A stretch of 64,000 bases of DNA from Candidatus Marinacidobacterales bacterium (GCA_965226495.1 OZ245365.1:3904001-3968000), one strand, 5' to 3'; counted from the first letter of the stretch, positions 30,016 to 40,566 are shown. Numbers and translations are program-made. Notes: generated by a model not told the origin, from the sequence alone.

Positions 30016-30842
30016 ACATCGATCCCGCCAATCCTCATGGAAACCCGAGTGCGCAAGCGCTTCAAGAGATCGGCGTCCGTTGGGTGCGCATCGAAGGAAA
30101 GGTGTCACCCGGATTCGCCTTTTACGATTCCGTGATCGCTGCTTACCGCGACGCAGGAATCAAGGTGATGCTCCTTCTCGACTATGCCACCGTGCCGGGT
30201 AAACCGGCTTCGAACGCGGGGGACGCCGAGTGGGCATCGTATTTGGCAAGTTTCCTATCCGGCGTCAGCGCCGTCACCAACCACTATCGGGATAGTGTGG
30301 ACGCTTGGCAGATCTGGAACGAGCCCGACCTCTCGAACCCAGGAAGCGGCTACGATCCGGGAGTCCCCGCTCATCATTTCGGGGCCATGCTACGGGACGG
30401 CGTGGCGGCGATCCGTCCGTACTCTAGCCGACCGATTGTGACCGCGGGCCTGGCGAGTGGGGATCCGGAGTACCTGGCTCGGGCTCGCGATGCGGTCGGA
30501 GGACTGACCATCGATGCCGTGGCGGTCCATCCCTACGGACAGCGCGCACCCGACGACTGGCCCAACCCGCAGTGGGGTTTCGGGAACATGAGTGATCTAT
30601 TCGATCGTTATCTGGTCTTTGGCTTGCCGCTCTGGGTGACAGAGATCGGCACCGTCGACCAGACGAACCAGGCGGCCTATCTAGAAAACGTTTACCAATT
30701 GGCAGAGGGAGAATACGCCGGACGAGTAGAGAGAGTCTTCTGGTTCTGTTGGAGCGACGGGATGGTCCCTCCGTTCGGGGTCTTGAGCTCGAGCGACGAT
30801 CCGAAGCCCGCGTACTGGCGGTATCGTGATATCACTCCCTAA
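30012..30842 (+). CDS. Clan-A-like glycoside hydrolase module (possibly the frameshifted C-terminus of the upstream gene)
   Basis: WQIWNEPD, AVHPY, WVTEIG; no signal peptide; C8 run at 29983-29990. Confidence 0.75.
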   Translation: MNIDPANPHGNPSAQALQEIGVRWVRIEGKVSPGFAFYDSVIAAYRDAGIKVMLLLDYATVPGKPASNAGDAEWASYLASFLSGVSAVTNHYRDSVDAWQIWNEPDLSNPGSGYDPGVPAHHFGAMLRDGVAAIRPYSSRPIVTAGLASGDPEYLARARDAVGGLTIDAVAVHPYGQRAPDDWPNPQWGFGNMSDLFDRYLVFGLPLWVTEIGTVDQTNQAAYLENVYQLAEGEYAGRVERVFWFCWSDGMVPPFGVLSSSDDPKPAYWRYRDITP

Positions 30843-30897
30843 AGAGGGGATGGAGCTCTAAGAGCCAATTCCTAGCGGCCCGCTCGCCCGTTTCTTG

Positions 30898-32083
30898 CTA
30901 CTTCGGCGGCACATAGGGATCCAGCGTTCCGGGCTTGATGGGTGGATGCGCCTTCAACGAGGCTATGTGCTCACCCAACTGGCCCAATGCTGCCTTGGGG
31001 ACCCAAGTATTTGGAAAGAGAACGTTCTCGCGCTCCTGCGGATCACTAAGAAGATTGTAGACCCGCGGCATCCCGTACTCCACCGCCTTGCTCATGACCG
31101 AGTCCAACTCCTTGAAGTTCACTTTCCAGTTGCGCCATTTCACGCCGTAAATGTCGTTGCCCATATAGACAATGATCCCCTCACGGCCGGATTTTTCCTG
31201 CTTGCCGAGGAAGAAGCCGGACATGTCCATCCCGTCGATGAGACGGTCCTCGGGCACCTTCCCTCCGACAATGCGCGCAAAGGTGGGAACAGATCCATCT
31301 CGTGGACAATCTCATCGCTGGCGGTTCCAGCGGGGATCTTGCCAGGCCAACGCATGGCGAAAGGAACTCTCAGGGCGCCCTCGAAACCGGTAAAGTTGCC
31401 GTGTAAGGAAGATAGAGGAAGAACGGCTTGCCATTTTGCGACTGGCGTTTCAGGAAGTCGATCGCCTTCTCCGTGAGGTCACCATCGATGAGCGGACGGT
31501 AATCCAACCTGTAGGAGCGCACCTTGTTTGGCTTTTCGCCTTTACGTGCCTCCATCACGAAGGCTTCTTCAACCCCACTGTCCGCGAAGCCTTCCAGGGC
31601 AGTGTAGGCTGATTCGTCCGTCGAGTTCGGAACCCCATACCATTCATCGAAACCCTGGTCGGTCGGGAACCTGCCGTCCGTGCGACCCAGGTGCCATTTC
31701 CCGAACATGCCGGTGCTGTAGCCGGCATCAGAGAGCATTTCGGCCATGGTGACTTCCCATTGCACCAGTCCGTAAACGCCTTCGCCCAGGGGCGCAACTC
31801 CGTTGCCGCTTCTGATCGCATAACGACCGGTCATGATGGCGGATCGGGAAGGCGTGCACTAGACTTCGACGTTGAAGTTCGTCAATCGCAGGCCTTCGGA
31901 AGCCAACTTGTCGAGTCGAGGGGTCGGAGCGCCTCGAATGATCCCGCCGCCGTTGAAGCCCGGCTCCCCCCAACCGAAGTTGTCCATGAAGACGAGCACG
32001 ATGTTCGGGCGATCAGCCTGGGCAAACGCAGTCAAGGGTGACAGCCCAACGCTGAGAGTGGCAAATACGAGAGCTCGTTTCAC
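30898..32083 (-). pseudogene. Arylsulfatase pseudogene
   Basis: GTG start after gaaggag; RPNIVLVFMD; in-frame TAG (31859-31861) just before CTPSR; GKWHLG; internal deletion near 31395; frameshift near 31286. Confidence 0.88.
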
Positions 32084-32096
32084 CAGTCGCTCCTTC

Positions 32097-33884
32097 TCAT
32101 TCGGCGGTCGTCGTCGGGACGGCAACCGGAACCGTCACCGGCTGATCGAGCATGAACGGGAGCAAGGCTTGCGCTTCGACGGCCACCTGCTGGCCTTTGG
32201 TCGCCGCCGACGCCGCGGTGCCCACACCGGCACCAATGACGGCGCCCTTCCAAGCGCCCGAGCCGCCGTCCGCAATCGCGCCGATGGCCGCTCCGACTCC
32301 GGCACCTCCGGCAATTTTCTTCCCGGTATCCTTCCCGGAAGAAGCTCCCTCGACCTTGAACTTGTTCGAGACGACCGGCAGCACACGCCCGTTCACGTCG
32401 ATATCGGTCAAGCTCAGAATCAACTTGGCTTGACCGGACATGCTGCCCGATTTTTCCGCCTCCACCACGATGCCGTAGACCTTGCTACCCTTAGGAGCCG
32501 CCATCGCGTCGCCCACCTTGAGCTCTGTATCAAGGAATCCCGAGAACCGCTGGCCTTCCTTCGCGGTCTCGGAGCTCAGGGCCTCGGCGATACGAACCGG
32601 CAACGCAGTACCGGAGGGAACGGTCAAAGACTTGTAGGAAGGGCTCGCGGACGCCGTCATATTTTGCGGGGCCTGCGGGGCTGGAGGCCGCGGCGGATCG
32701 ATGATGATGTACTGCTCCTTTCCCGATGGATCGAGATAAGGCATGTAGTACTTGCTCTGATAAGTGAAGAACGTTTCGCCGCCCTTTGCGACGATCTCGA
32801 ACTCCGCCGGTAAGGCGTCCAACACCGCGATACCCTGCGGCAGGGTCACCACGACGTAGGCGACCTGGCCGTCCTTAGTGACCTTCCGATAGAACGTGTT
32901 CTTGTAATAGTAGTAGGTGTTCCCGCCGGTGGTGACCGTCGCGGCATCGGGAGGCAACGACGTCGCCTTCAAACCTTCCGGCGCGGGTACGACTTCGTAG
33001 CTGACGGAGCCTCCGCTCGAGCTCGCCACGTAGCAAGTGTGACTCGCGTAGTAATAGGTCGCTGCACCCACCGTGACCACGACCGCACCTACGGGTACCG
33101 TCGTATACACGACGCCGTAAGGCGGCCCCATCGCCCAATAATACGTGGCTCCTCGCCAAGCATAGGGGCGGTAATAGTAAGAACCGTAGTAGTAGTAAGA
33201 CCGGCCGTAATACGTGACGCCCCGATAGCCGGCCGGTAGTGTACGCACTGCTGCACCGTAGTAGGGCCCCCGCACAGCCGCTCCATAAGGGCCTCGAGCC
33301 GCGGCCACCGTACGATCGCCGTAGTACTTCGTGTCGACATCGGCAACCACGCCGCCCCGGCCGTAGGCACCCCGCGCGGCCACGCCCTCAACATCAGCTT
33401 CACGGCCGGTGCTGGTCTTAGCCTCGCCCTCGAACTCGACGCTACGGTAGCCCTCGCGCTCTGCGGAGCCTGAACGTTCGGCGGTCTCACCGTAACGCCC
33501 GGTAGTCTTGGACTCGCGTTCGACACTATCGACGCGGCCATCATCGAACTCGATGTCCTTGGACGACTCCCGGCTTCCCCCGCGGCTCGACTGAGCCTGC
33601 TTGTCCACGGTGAGCGTATCGCCGTCGCGTGATACGTCTCGCGAACCGCTGACGCTCTCCCCACCTCGCCCGGTCAAAGTAGCGCTCTCCGAGCCAGTGT
33701 TTCCAGACCTATTCTTGCTGTAGTTCGCACTTCCACCTCGCTGGGTGTTGCGGCTGTAATTGCCATTGGGCGTGGCATAGCGGACGCTGCCCCTTCTACT
33801 ACCTCCTCGTCGCTGCGCGAACACGTCCTGACTCACTAGGCCGACACCGATGAAAATCACCAGGAGTTTGACTAACGACTTCAT
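32097..33884 (-). CDS. Secreted Gly/Arg/Ser-rich, Tyr-rich repeat protein (DUF6515-like) with C-terminal glycine-zipper domain
   Basis: Signal peptide; repeated LPxxxxxVxxGGxxYYY units; GAGVGAAIGAIA. Confidence 0.65.
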   Translation of the reverse strand: MKSLVKLLVIFIGVGLVSQDVFAQRRGGSRRGSVRYATPNGNYSRNTQRGGSANYSKNRSGNTGSESATLTGRGGESVSGSRDVSRDGDTLTVDKQAQSSRGGSRESSKDIEFDDGRVDSVERESKTTGRYGETAERSGSAEREGYRSVEFEGEAKTSTGREADVEGVAARGAYGRGGVVADVDTKYYGDRTVAAARGPYGAAVRGPYYGAAVRTLPAGYRGVTYYGRSYYYYGSYYYRPYAWRGATYYWAMGPPYGVVYTTVPVGAVVVTVGAATYYYASHTCYVASSSGGSVSYEVVPAPEGLKATSLPPDAATVTTGGNTYYYYKNTFYRKVTKDGQVAYVVVTLPQGIAVLDALPAEFEIVAKGGETFFTYQSKYYMPYLDPSGKEQYIIIDPPRPPAPQAPQNMTASASPSYKSLTVPSGTALPVRIAEALSSETAKEGQRFSGFLDTELKVGDAMAAPKGSKVYGIVVEAEKSGSMSGQAKLILSLTDIDVNGRVLPVVSNKFKVEGASSGKDTGKKIAGGAGVGAAIGAIADGGSGAWKGAVIGAGVGTAASAATKGQQVAVEAQALLPFMLDQPVTVPVAVPTTTAE

Positions 33885-34654
33885 TTCGCCTCCTCTGCCT
33901 CGCGCGCCAAGGGCAAGCGGAAATTCTTCGCTTTCATTTGCCTCGCGCCGTCGGGGGGCTCGAACTCGAACAGGCCTTCCGGGAAATCCGGGTTCAAATT
34001 CCAGGCTCGCAAGACCGCCGTATACTGGGGCTCGCCGGGCTCGTTTTTGTAGTTGATCACGATTTTACGCGGAAGAGGGTCGTTTTCCGCATCGATCCAC
34101 AGCTGCCATTCAAGCCAGTCGTTGGCGAACGCGACATGATGGGAACGCACCCCGTCCACCTCGTGAATCCCCACATACATTCCGAAGAGAGCGTTCCCCG
34201 TGAGCACGTCGTGACAATCAGTGCGCACGAAATCGGCTAAAGGCATCACTGCATCGTATTCGGAAGCCATGAAGTCCAACGCTTCATCTAATTCGTCGGG
34301 CACCCCGAAAACCGTATAAGCATTGTGGCGTTTGTCAAAAGCGCTAACCGTGTCTTTGTTGTACCAAAGAGTGAAGTGCCCCTCGTCGCCCTCGACGTCG
34401 CCGACGGCCTGGTTCGGCCTTCGCACGGCGACGGTTCGCCGATTGGAGAACTGAATCTTCACACCCACGTCGAGGAGCTCATCGTAGATTTCGTCGGCCC
34501 TGACCGCAAAGCTCTGCGCCCCCGAGAGCAGTGTACACATCTCGCGCACGACTTCGACCGCCCGGGTTTCGATCTCGAGCTTTTCTTGGGACGCGTCCGC
34601 GGTCGATCCGCTGAAAAAGACGAGCAGACTCCCGGCTACTAGCTTCCATATCAC
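33881..34654 (-). CDS. DUF2092-like periplasmic protein
   Basis: Signal peptide; VRRPN, PLADF, WQLWID..PLPRK..I.Y..EPGEPQY, FEFEPP. Confidence 0.75.
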   Translation of the reverse strand: MIWKLVAGSLLVFFSGSTADASQEKLEIETRAVEVVREMCTLLSGAQSFAVRADEIYDELLDVGVKIQFSNRRTVAVRRPNQAVGDVEGDEGHFTLWYNKDTVSAFDKRHNAYTVFGVPDELDEALDFMASEYDAVMPLADFVRTDCHDVLTGNALFGMYVGIHEVDGVRSHHVAFANDWLEWQLWIDAENDPLPRKIVINYKNEPGEPQYTAVLRAWNLNPDFPEGLFEFEPPDGARQMKAKNFRLPLAREAEEAK

Positions 34655-34667
34655 TTGTTCACCTCCG

Positions 34668-35372
34668 CTACGAACCGACCCGCTGGTAGTCGTGGTTCTC
34701 TACCTTCAGCTCGACCTCCTTCTCTGGGTAACTCACCACGGTGCGCGCTTGATACGTTGGACCGTCCACGACGCTTTCGTATTCCGAGACTAAGGTAACC
34801 GGCTTTTCCTCGAGGGCAGTCGTGATCTCGACACGTTTCATCATTCGGGTTGCCGGATCGATCCATAGGGTCATCGCATCCCCGGGCAGGAGGACATCGC
34901 CGCCTTGGATGCGCATGGTCCCCGCCTGCCCGCCTTCACCCTGACTCGTCTGCGCGCCCTTCACGAAGGCCTGCATCTTGCCAGGAGGAATCGCCCCATA
35001 TGAGGCGACGAGCTTCCCGAGAGCCTGCATCATCTCGGCGAACTCTTTCTTCTTCTTCTCGATGATCTTGGCCTTGGCCCTGTCCCCTCTTTTCTTGCGA
35101 CCAGCGGTCGGCTTCTCCGATTGTTGTTCCGGCGAGCCACCGATCTGTGTTTTCTGAAGCTTGCCGTCCATGTCATAGCGAACCTGTTCGAGCTTCACGT
35201 TCTTGGATTCCCCTTTCACCTTGATCTCGGTGCGGGACTGCCAGGTGTATTGCTTGAGCGCTTCGCTGTTCTGCTTCTGAGCTTCGGCAAACTCCCCCTT
35301 GTCCTGCGCGTCGCTCACGCTGGTAACAAAAAACATTCCGACCGCTGCAAGGCCGAGTAAAAACGGTTTCAT
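34668..35372 (-). CDS. Secreted hypothetical protein
   Basis: Signal peptide; lies within the minus-strand operon; coherent ORF. Confidence 0.65.
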   Translation of the reverse strand: MKPFLLGLAAVGMFFVTSVSDAQDKGEFAEAQKQNSEALKQYTWQSRTEIKVKGESKNVKLEQVRYDMDGKLQKTQIGGSPEQQSEKPTAGRKKRGDRAKAKIIEKKKKEFAEMMQALGKLVASYGAIPPGKMQAFVKGAQTSQGEGGQAGTMRIQGGDVLLPGDAMTLWIDPATRMMKRVEITTALEEKPVTLVSEYESVVDGPTYQARTVVSYPEKEVELKVENHDYQRVGS

Positions 35373-35413
35373 CGGTTCGCGTCTCAACATAGGGCCATCT
35401 CCTGAATAACTCA

Positions 35414-36283
35414 TCATTTCTGGGCGGCGTCCGTCACCGGCGACGACGCAGCCCGCCCCTCTACCACAACCTCGTAGCGCTCTCGCAAGGCGGCATAGAA
35501 CGCTTCGTTCATTTCACGCCGTCTCCGATCGAGCAAATCGGTTTTCACTCGATCGCGAACCTCTGCCAAGTCCGGCATCCGCGGCTCGGTTCGCTCGCGA
35601 ACGAGCACCAAGTGTACTCCATAGCTCGACTCGACCGGGCCATGCCAAGAACCGGGGTCGAGCTCGAAGACAGACTCCGCGAACGCCGTTCCGAAGAGCT
35701 CTCGCAGATCTTGCTGGCTACGAGATGGGTAATCGGATTGCAGCATGAATGGATCTCCGAACGTGCGGTGCTCTCCGGAGGCAATCGACTTCGACCGAAG
35801 CTTTTCAAGCACCTGGCGTGCGTCATCTTCGACCGCGTCCCCGCGGCGATCGCGACTCAAGTAAACGTGGGAGAGACTGATCCGAGCCGGGACGCCGTAG
35901 CGTTGGGAGTTTTGGTCGAGGTATTCCTGCATCTCGCCTTCGATCGGCTCGGCCAATGCTGCCAAGTCGTTGGAAAGGAGCTCCATCCTCTGGGCCAACC
36001 GGCGACGGATGACGGTGTCGTTCTGATCGAGGCCTATCGCGATCGCCTCACGATAGAGGATTTCCTCGCGTATGAACTGATCGATGAGGCCTTGGAGCTC
36101 TTTCTCGCTCGGGGGACGTCTCCACTGCCGTTGCCATAGGGCGCGTATGCGTTCGATATCGCCCGCCGATACCTCGACTCGATTGCCCTCGTCGGACGGG
36201 CCGCTTCGAAAAAGTGTGTACAGCCCGAAAAAGACGGCGCCGATAACGAGGAAATGGAGCAAAGGATTGCGTTGCCATTTCAT
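35414..36283 (-). CDS. PpiC/parvulin-type peptidyl-prolyl isomerase
   Basis: PLLHFL, REEILYREA, IRRRLAQRM, WHGPVESSYGVHLV. Confidence 0.88.
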   Translation of the reverse strand: MKWQRNPLLHFLVIGAVFFGLYTLFRSGPSDEGNRVEVSAGDIERIRALWQRQWRRPPSEKELQGLIDQFIREEILYREAIAIGLDQNDTVIRRRLAQRMELLSNDLAALAEPIEGEMQEYLDQNSQRYGVPARISLSHVYLSRDRRGDAVEDDARQVLEKLRSKSIASGEHRTFGDPFMLQSDYPSRSQQDLRELFGTAFAESVFELDPGSWHGPVESSYGVHLVLVRERTEPRMPDLAEVRDRVKTDLLDRRRREMNEAFYAALRERYEVVVEGRAASSPVTDAAQK

Positions 36284-36378
36284 CGGTCACAACCATACCC
36301 GGACTCGGCAGCCGGTGGAACCCGGAAAACTACGGCTTTCTCGAAGGGAATGCTATGAACCGCGCAATGGCTTTTGTT

Positions 36379-37260
36379 TCAATGGCTTGAACACACGCCC
36401 GACGTGTCCAGAAACTCGGCGGCGGCCCGGTTGAACGCCTCGGGATTCTCTAGGTTCGAGGTATACCCCGCGTCCGGCAGTACGACACGCTTCGCGCCTG
36501 CTATCTTCCCCTGCAGAAAGCGAGTGCGCCGGTGGAGGTCCGGGTGGTCCAACTCACCCACCAAGAGCAGAGTCGGTGCACCGATTTCCTCCACCCGCTC
36601 CAGGAGTGGAGGCTCGACGGGCCGATTAGAGCTGAACACGTTCCCGAAGCTCTTGAAGTTCTCGGCGATGAGAGTCCGGGCGCGCTCACGTGCAGCTGGG
36701 TTCTTTGGAGCGGGAATGAAGTGGGGATCATCGAGTACCGTCTGGATGAAGGCCTCGGCGCCGGCTTCGAAAGACGCCGCGATCACGTTGACTCGCTTCT
36801 GCATGGCTTCCGAGAACGGATAACCGGGAACGAACGGGGCCGCCGCGATAACCCCGGACACCCGTTCTGGATGGGTCAGCGCAAACTCCAACACGATGCC
36901 CCCGCCCGATGAGAGTCCGACGACTACAGCCTTTTCGATGTCGAGGGAATCGAGGAACGCCGCAAGGTCATCGTGATCTGAGTAAGGTGCGGTCGGCGGA
37001 TCGGATCGGCCGAGCCCGCGTGGGTCTACGCGGATCACTTTGAAGTCTTCCTGCAAGAAGTCGAACTGATTGTCCCACTGCCGCGAGTCCATCGCGCTAC
37101 CACCGCCTACCTATACGATCGGACAGCCGTCGCCAGCCGTTTAGTAGTAGAGCGATCCGCCATCCACCGATGCTCGATCCGTAGGGGTGGCAGACAAGCA
37201 ACTAACCGTCGCCGCCAAGACCAAGAGGTCACGTTTCAGGTGAACACGAATCTTCCTCAT
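36379..37260 (-). pseudogene. Alpha/beta hydrolase pseudogene
   Basis: In-frame TAA (37141-37143) and TAG (37111-37113) in SLYY*TAGDGCPIV*VGG; GLSSGG nucleophile intact; catalytic His position reads DAGY. Confidence 0.75.
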
Positions 37261-37265
37261 CGCGC

Positions 37266-37535
37266 TTACTCTTCGCGCAGCGCTCGTACGGGGCTCACCC
37301 GCGCCGCACGGAGGGCAGAGATCAAACTCGAAAGTAAGGCAACGAACGCGAGAAGGATCGAAAGACCCACGTAGGTAGCCGGGTCGGTTGCATCCACTCC
37401 ATAGAGCTGGTTCTCCAAGAGGCTGCTGAAGCCCAAGGCCCCCAACAAACCCACCGTAACCCCCACCGCGGCGAGTACGAGTCCACCGCGAAGAACCATC
37501 AACAGAACGTCCGAAGTGCGTGCACCGAGTGCTCT
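37266..37535 (-). pseudogene. C-terminal remnant of ADOP/MacB-like ABC permease
   Basis: ALGA...LYGVDATDPATY...RAARVSPVRALREE; about 90 aa only, no N-terminus. Confidence 0.8.
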
Positions 37536-37667
37536 TTCCTCCGGATGGACAGCTTGACGATTCACCTGCTCCCCCCTACTCGTCGCATTCTAGCAATTTT
37601 CCGTACCCGGCCGGGCCTGGACGCACGAACGTGTCGGCCTTAGAATCAGGCGCCGGAGGGAGACGAC

Positions 37668-38858
37668 GTGTACAGGCACTTGTCCTTAGTAGGTTTTTTC
37701 ATCAGCCTTGGCGTGGGGTGCGGGAGTGGGCCCGACCAACACGGCCCGCCCCCGATCAAAGTAGGGGCCATCTTCGCCCTCACCGGGCCCACCTCGGATG
37801 TCGGGACAACGTACGCCGAAGGTCTTCGTGGCTACATCGAGTGGGCTAACCAAAACGGCGGCGTCGAAGGTCGGCCCCTCGAGCTCATCTACCAGGACTA
37901 CGGGTACAAGGTCGATCAGGCCGAGTTGCTCTATACCCAGTTCGTGCAAGAAGGAGCCTTGGTGTTCCAAGGATGGGGCACCGGTGATACCGAGGCACTG
38001 CGAGGTCGGATCGCGGACGACAAGATTCCGTTCATGTCCGCCTCATACTCTTACGTGCTCGGAAACCCGGACCAAGCGCCTTACAACTTCCTTGTGGGAA
38101 CCACCTATAGCGAACAGTTCTTCATCGTCCTCGATTGGATCCTGGAAAACCACAAAGGGCCTGAGGCCCCATCAGTCGCGCTGATGCACCACCCGTCACC
38201 TTTTGGGCTCTCGCCGTTCGAGCAAGGGGGGAAGGACTACGCGGCGAGCAAAGGAGTGAAGCTCACGGCACACGAGATGTCCCGCGGAGCAACTGACTAT
38301 ACCGCCGAGCTCACTAAGATCCGTGAGGAAGGCGTTCAGTACGTCGTTTTTCAAAACACGTCCGGTCCGGTGTCCCTGGTACTCAAAAACGCGCGCCGCC
38401 TGCGCCTCGACATCGAGTTCCTTTGTCTCAACTGGTGCACCAACGAGCTGCTCACCGAGCTCGCCCCTGAGGCTTCAGAAGGAGTCGTTGGCTCGATGCT
38501 CTTTTCTCCACCTGGCCCGGGCATCGAGGGGCTCAAAGACGCCGAAGCCTATTTGGATTCGCAGGGAGAATTCTTGAAAGAAAAAGGGAGCGTTTACGGG
38601 CAGGGTTGGTGGACGATGGCGGTGATGATCGAGGGTATCCGCCGCGTCGTCGCGAAAGGGAAGGAGCTGACGGGAGAGAACATCAAGGCGGCCTTGGAGA
38701 GCATCACCGATCTCGACACCGGCGGCGTCACCTTTCCGATCACCTTCACCGCCCGAGATCATCGGGGCTCCAAGGGCATGAAGCTCTTTCGCGTCGAGAA
38801 CAGAGAATGGCAACCGTTCACGGATTTCCGGACTAGCGACTATGCTCCAACTGAATAA
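37668..38858 (+). CDS. LIV-type ABC substrate-binding lipoprotein
   Basis: Lipobox LGVGC; LTGPTSDVG, NQNGGVEGR, GWGTGDTEAL. Confidence 0.9.
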   Translation: MYRHLSLVGFFISLGVGCGSGPDQHGPPPIKVGAIFALTGPTSDVGTTYAEGLRGYIEWANQNGGVEGRPLELIYQDYGYKVDQAELLYTQFVQEGALVFQGWGTGDTEALRGRIADDKIPFMSASYSYVLGNPDQAPYNFLVGTTYSEQFFIVLDWILENHKGPEAPSVALMHHPSPFGLSPFEQGGKDYAASKGVKLTAHEMSRGATDYTAELTKIREEGVQYVVFQNTSGPVSLVLKNARRLRLDIEFLCLNWCTNELLTELAPEASEGVVGSMLFSPPGPGIEGLKDAEAYLDSQGEFLKEKGSVYGQGWWTMAVMIEGIRRVVAKGKELTGENIKAALESITDLDTGGVTFPITFTARDHRGSKGMKLFRVENREWQPFTDFRTSDYAPTE

Positions 38859-39636
38859 CGTCGAGGTCATCTATGATCGCGTCATCCTGGTCCTCAAAGG
38901 CCTATCCCTTCGGGTCGAAACCGGTCAAATCGCAGCCCTCCTCGGTACGAACGGCGCCGGTAAATCGACGACTCTGAAAGCCATCTCCGGACTCCTCAAA
39001 CCCGAGGACGGCGAGGTAACCGACGGTAGTATCGAGTTTCTCGGAGCGCCCATTCATAATCTCGCCGCCGAAACGATCGTCCGACGTGGAATCTTTCAGG
39101 TGATGGAGGGGCGGCGAGTCTTCGAACATCTGACCGTGGAAGAGAATCTCCTTGCCGGCGGCTACACTCGCCCCGATCAAAATCGCATGCGCTCCGAGCT
39201 AGAGCATGTGTTCGACTATTTCCCTCCGTTGAAAGAGCGCTCCCACCAGCACGCGGGCCATCTCTCCGGAGGTGAACAGCAAATGCTCGCCATCGGACGC
39301 GCGCTCATGGCGAGGCCCAAGCTCATGCTGTTGGATGAGCCTTCCCTAGGTCTTGCTCCCCTTCTGGTCCGGGAGATCTTCGAGATCGTCCGGCGCATCA
39401 ATCACGAAGAAGGCACCACCATACTCCTCGTCGAACAAAACGCAGCCCTGGCACTCGAGATCTCCGACTATGGGTACATCATGGAAAACGGTCGCGTCGT
39501 ATTAGAGGGCGAGCCGGAAGCGCTACGCCAAAATGAAGACGTCAAAGAATTCTACCTGGGGCTCACAAAGGTCGGCCAGCGAAAATCCTACCGCGACGTC
39601 AAACATTACAAGCGTCGAAAACGTTGGTTGTCGTGA
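38842..39636 (+). CDS. LivF-like ABC ATPase
   Basis: GTNGAGKST, LSGGEQQ, DEPSLGLAP; C-terminus YKRRKRWLS typical of acyl-CoA-ligase-associated LIV operons. Confidence 0.92.
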   Translation: MLQLNNVEVIYDRVILVLKGLSLRVETGQIAALLGTNGAGKSTTLKAISGLLKPEDGEVTDGSIEFLGAPIHNLAAETIVRRGIFQVMEGRRVFEHLTVEENLLAGGYTRPDQNRMRSELEHVFDYFPPLKERSHQHAGHLSGGEQQMLAIGRALMARPKLMLLDEPSLGLAPLLVREIFEIVRRINHEEGTTILLVEQNAALALEISDYGYIMENGRVVLEGEPEALRQNEDVKEFYLGLTKVGQRKSYRDVKHYKRRKRWLS

Positions 39637-39643
39637 GTGCGCT

Positions 39644-39652
39644 TGCTATAAT
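39644..39652 (+). promoter_or_regulatory. Extended -10 promoter, leaderless arrangement
   Basis: TGcTATAAT ends 5 nt before ATG 39658; no Shine-Dalgarno. Confidence 0.6.
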
Positions 39653-39657
39653 CACCC

Positions 39658-40065
39658 ATGCGATACTTGACGTTTTTCACCTTGACGCTACTTCTTTTCG
39701 CGGCTGCCTGCGGCGACTCAACGACTGACTCTACCGAGCTCTCGACGGTGAGAGGCGTGGTGGTCTCAGACCAGGCAGTTACCTATGATGCCGACTCCGT
39801 CCTCATCGTCCGCCTGTCGGACGTGAGCCTACAAGACACTTTCTCCCCGATCATCTCTGAACAGGTCATTTCGGGGCCGCGAGAGCTTCCGGTTCCGTTT
39901 CTTCTGCCATACTCTCCCGAGCAGATCAGCGAGCGCAATACCTACTCGGTGAGCGCCCGCATCGAGCGGGGGACGACCCTCCTCTACATCAGCACGACGT
40001 CCAACCCCGTCATTACTCGCGGGAATCCGGATCGCACGGACGTCGAAGTGGAGCAGGTCAACTAA
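39658..40065 (+). CDS. YbaY-family lipoprotein
   Basis: Lipobox FAAAC; LSDVSLQD, PVPFLLPY, YSVSARI, PVITRG. Confidence 0.85.
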   Translation: MRYLTFFTLTLLLFAAACGDSTTDSTELSTVRGVVVSDQAVTYDADSVLIVRLSDVSLQDTFSPIISEQVISGPRELPVPFLLPYSPEQISERNTYSVSARIERGTTLLYISTTSNPVITRGNPDRTDVEVEQVN

Positions 40066-40140
40066 AGCCGGTCCGCGCGCGAGCCCTAACTCGGTCTTCA
40101 GGCTGGGCCTTCCAGGGATCCCGATCTCGAGTTGGCGAAG

Positions 40141-40443
40141 TCACTGAATGACGTTCTTGTCCTCCGAGATAGTCACTAGGAGAACGCAGTTCCTGCAGTC
40201 CCCTTGGTTGAGGCGAAACATGACCGAACCCTTCGTAGAGAGGGCGCAGCCTTTGTCTCCGCCAGAACAAGAACACTCGAACGTTCCTTCTATGGCATTG
40301 GAGTCCTGCCGCATGAGCGCGACTTTGCCGTCGGCGAGCGGGCGCGTGGCGTACCCCTCCTTGAGCTTCACCTGCTTCCCGTCGAGAACGGTGCCTTCAG
40401 GGAGTCGAGGTGATTTCGTAGCAGTTGCTTGGGGCTCCGCCAT
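40141..40443 (-). CDS. Small Cys-rich hypothetical protein
   Basis: CSC..C..C..C in the C-terminal half; start uncertain. Confidence 0.4.
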   Translation of the reverse strand: MAEPQATATKSPRLPEGTVLDGKQVKLKEGYATRPLADGKVALMRQDSNAIEGTFECSCSGGDKGCALSTKGSVMFRLNQGDCRNCVLLVTISEDKNVIQ

Positions 40444-40566
40444 CCGAACGGTTTTCGTCTTCTGAACTGTTGTCTTCAGATCGCGCTTTCAATGACGTCG
40501 TGACGACCGGCGAGTCTGCCTAGCGTGGACGGCCGCCGCCACGATATGGTAGACCTTCGATCCGGA

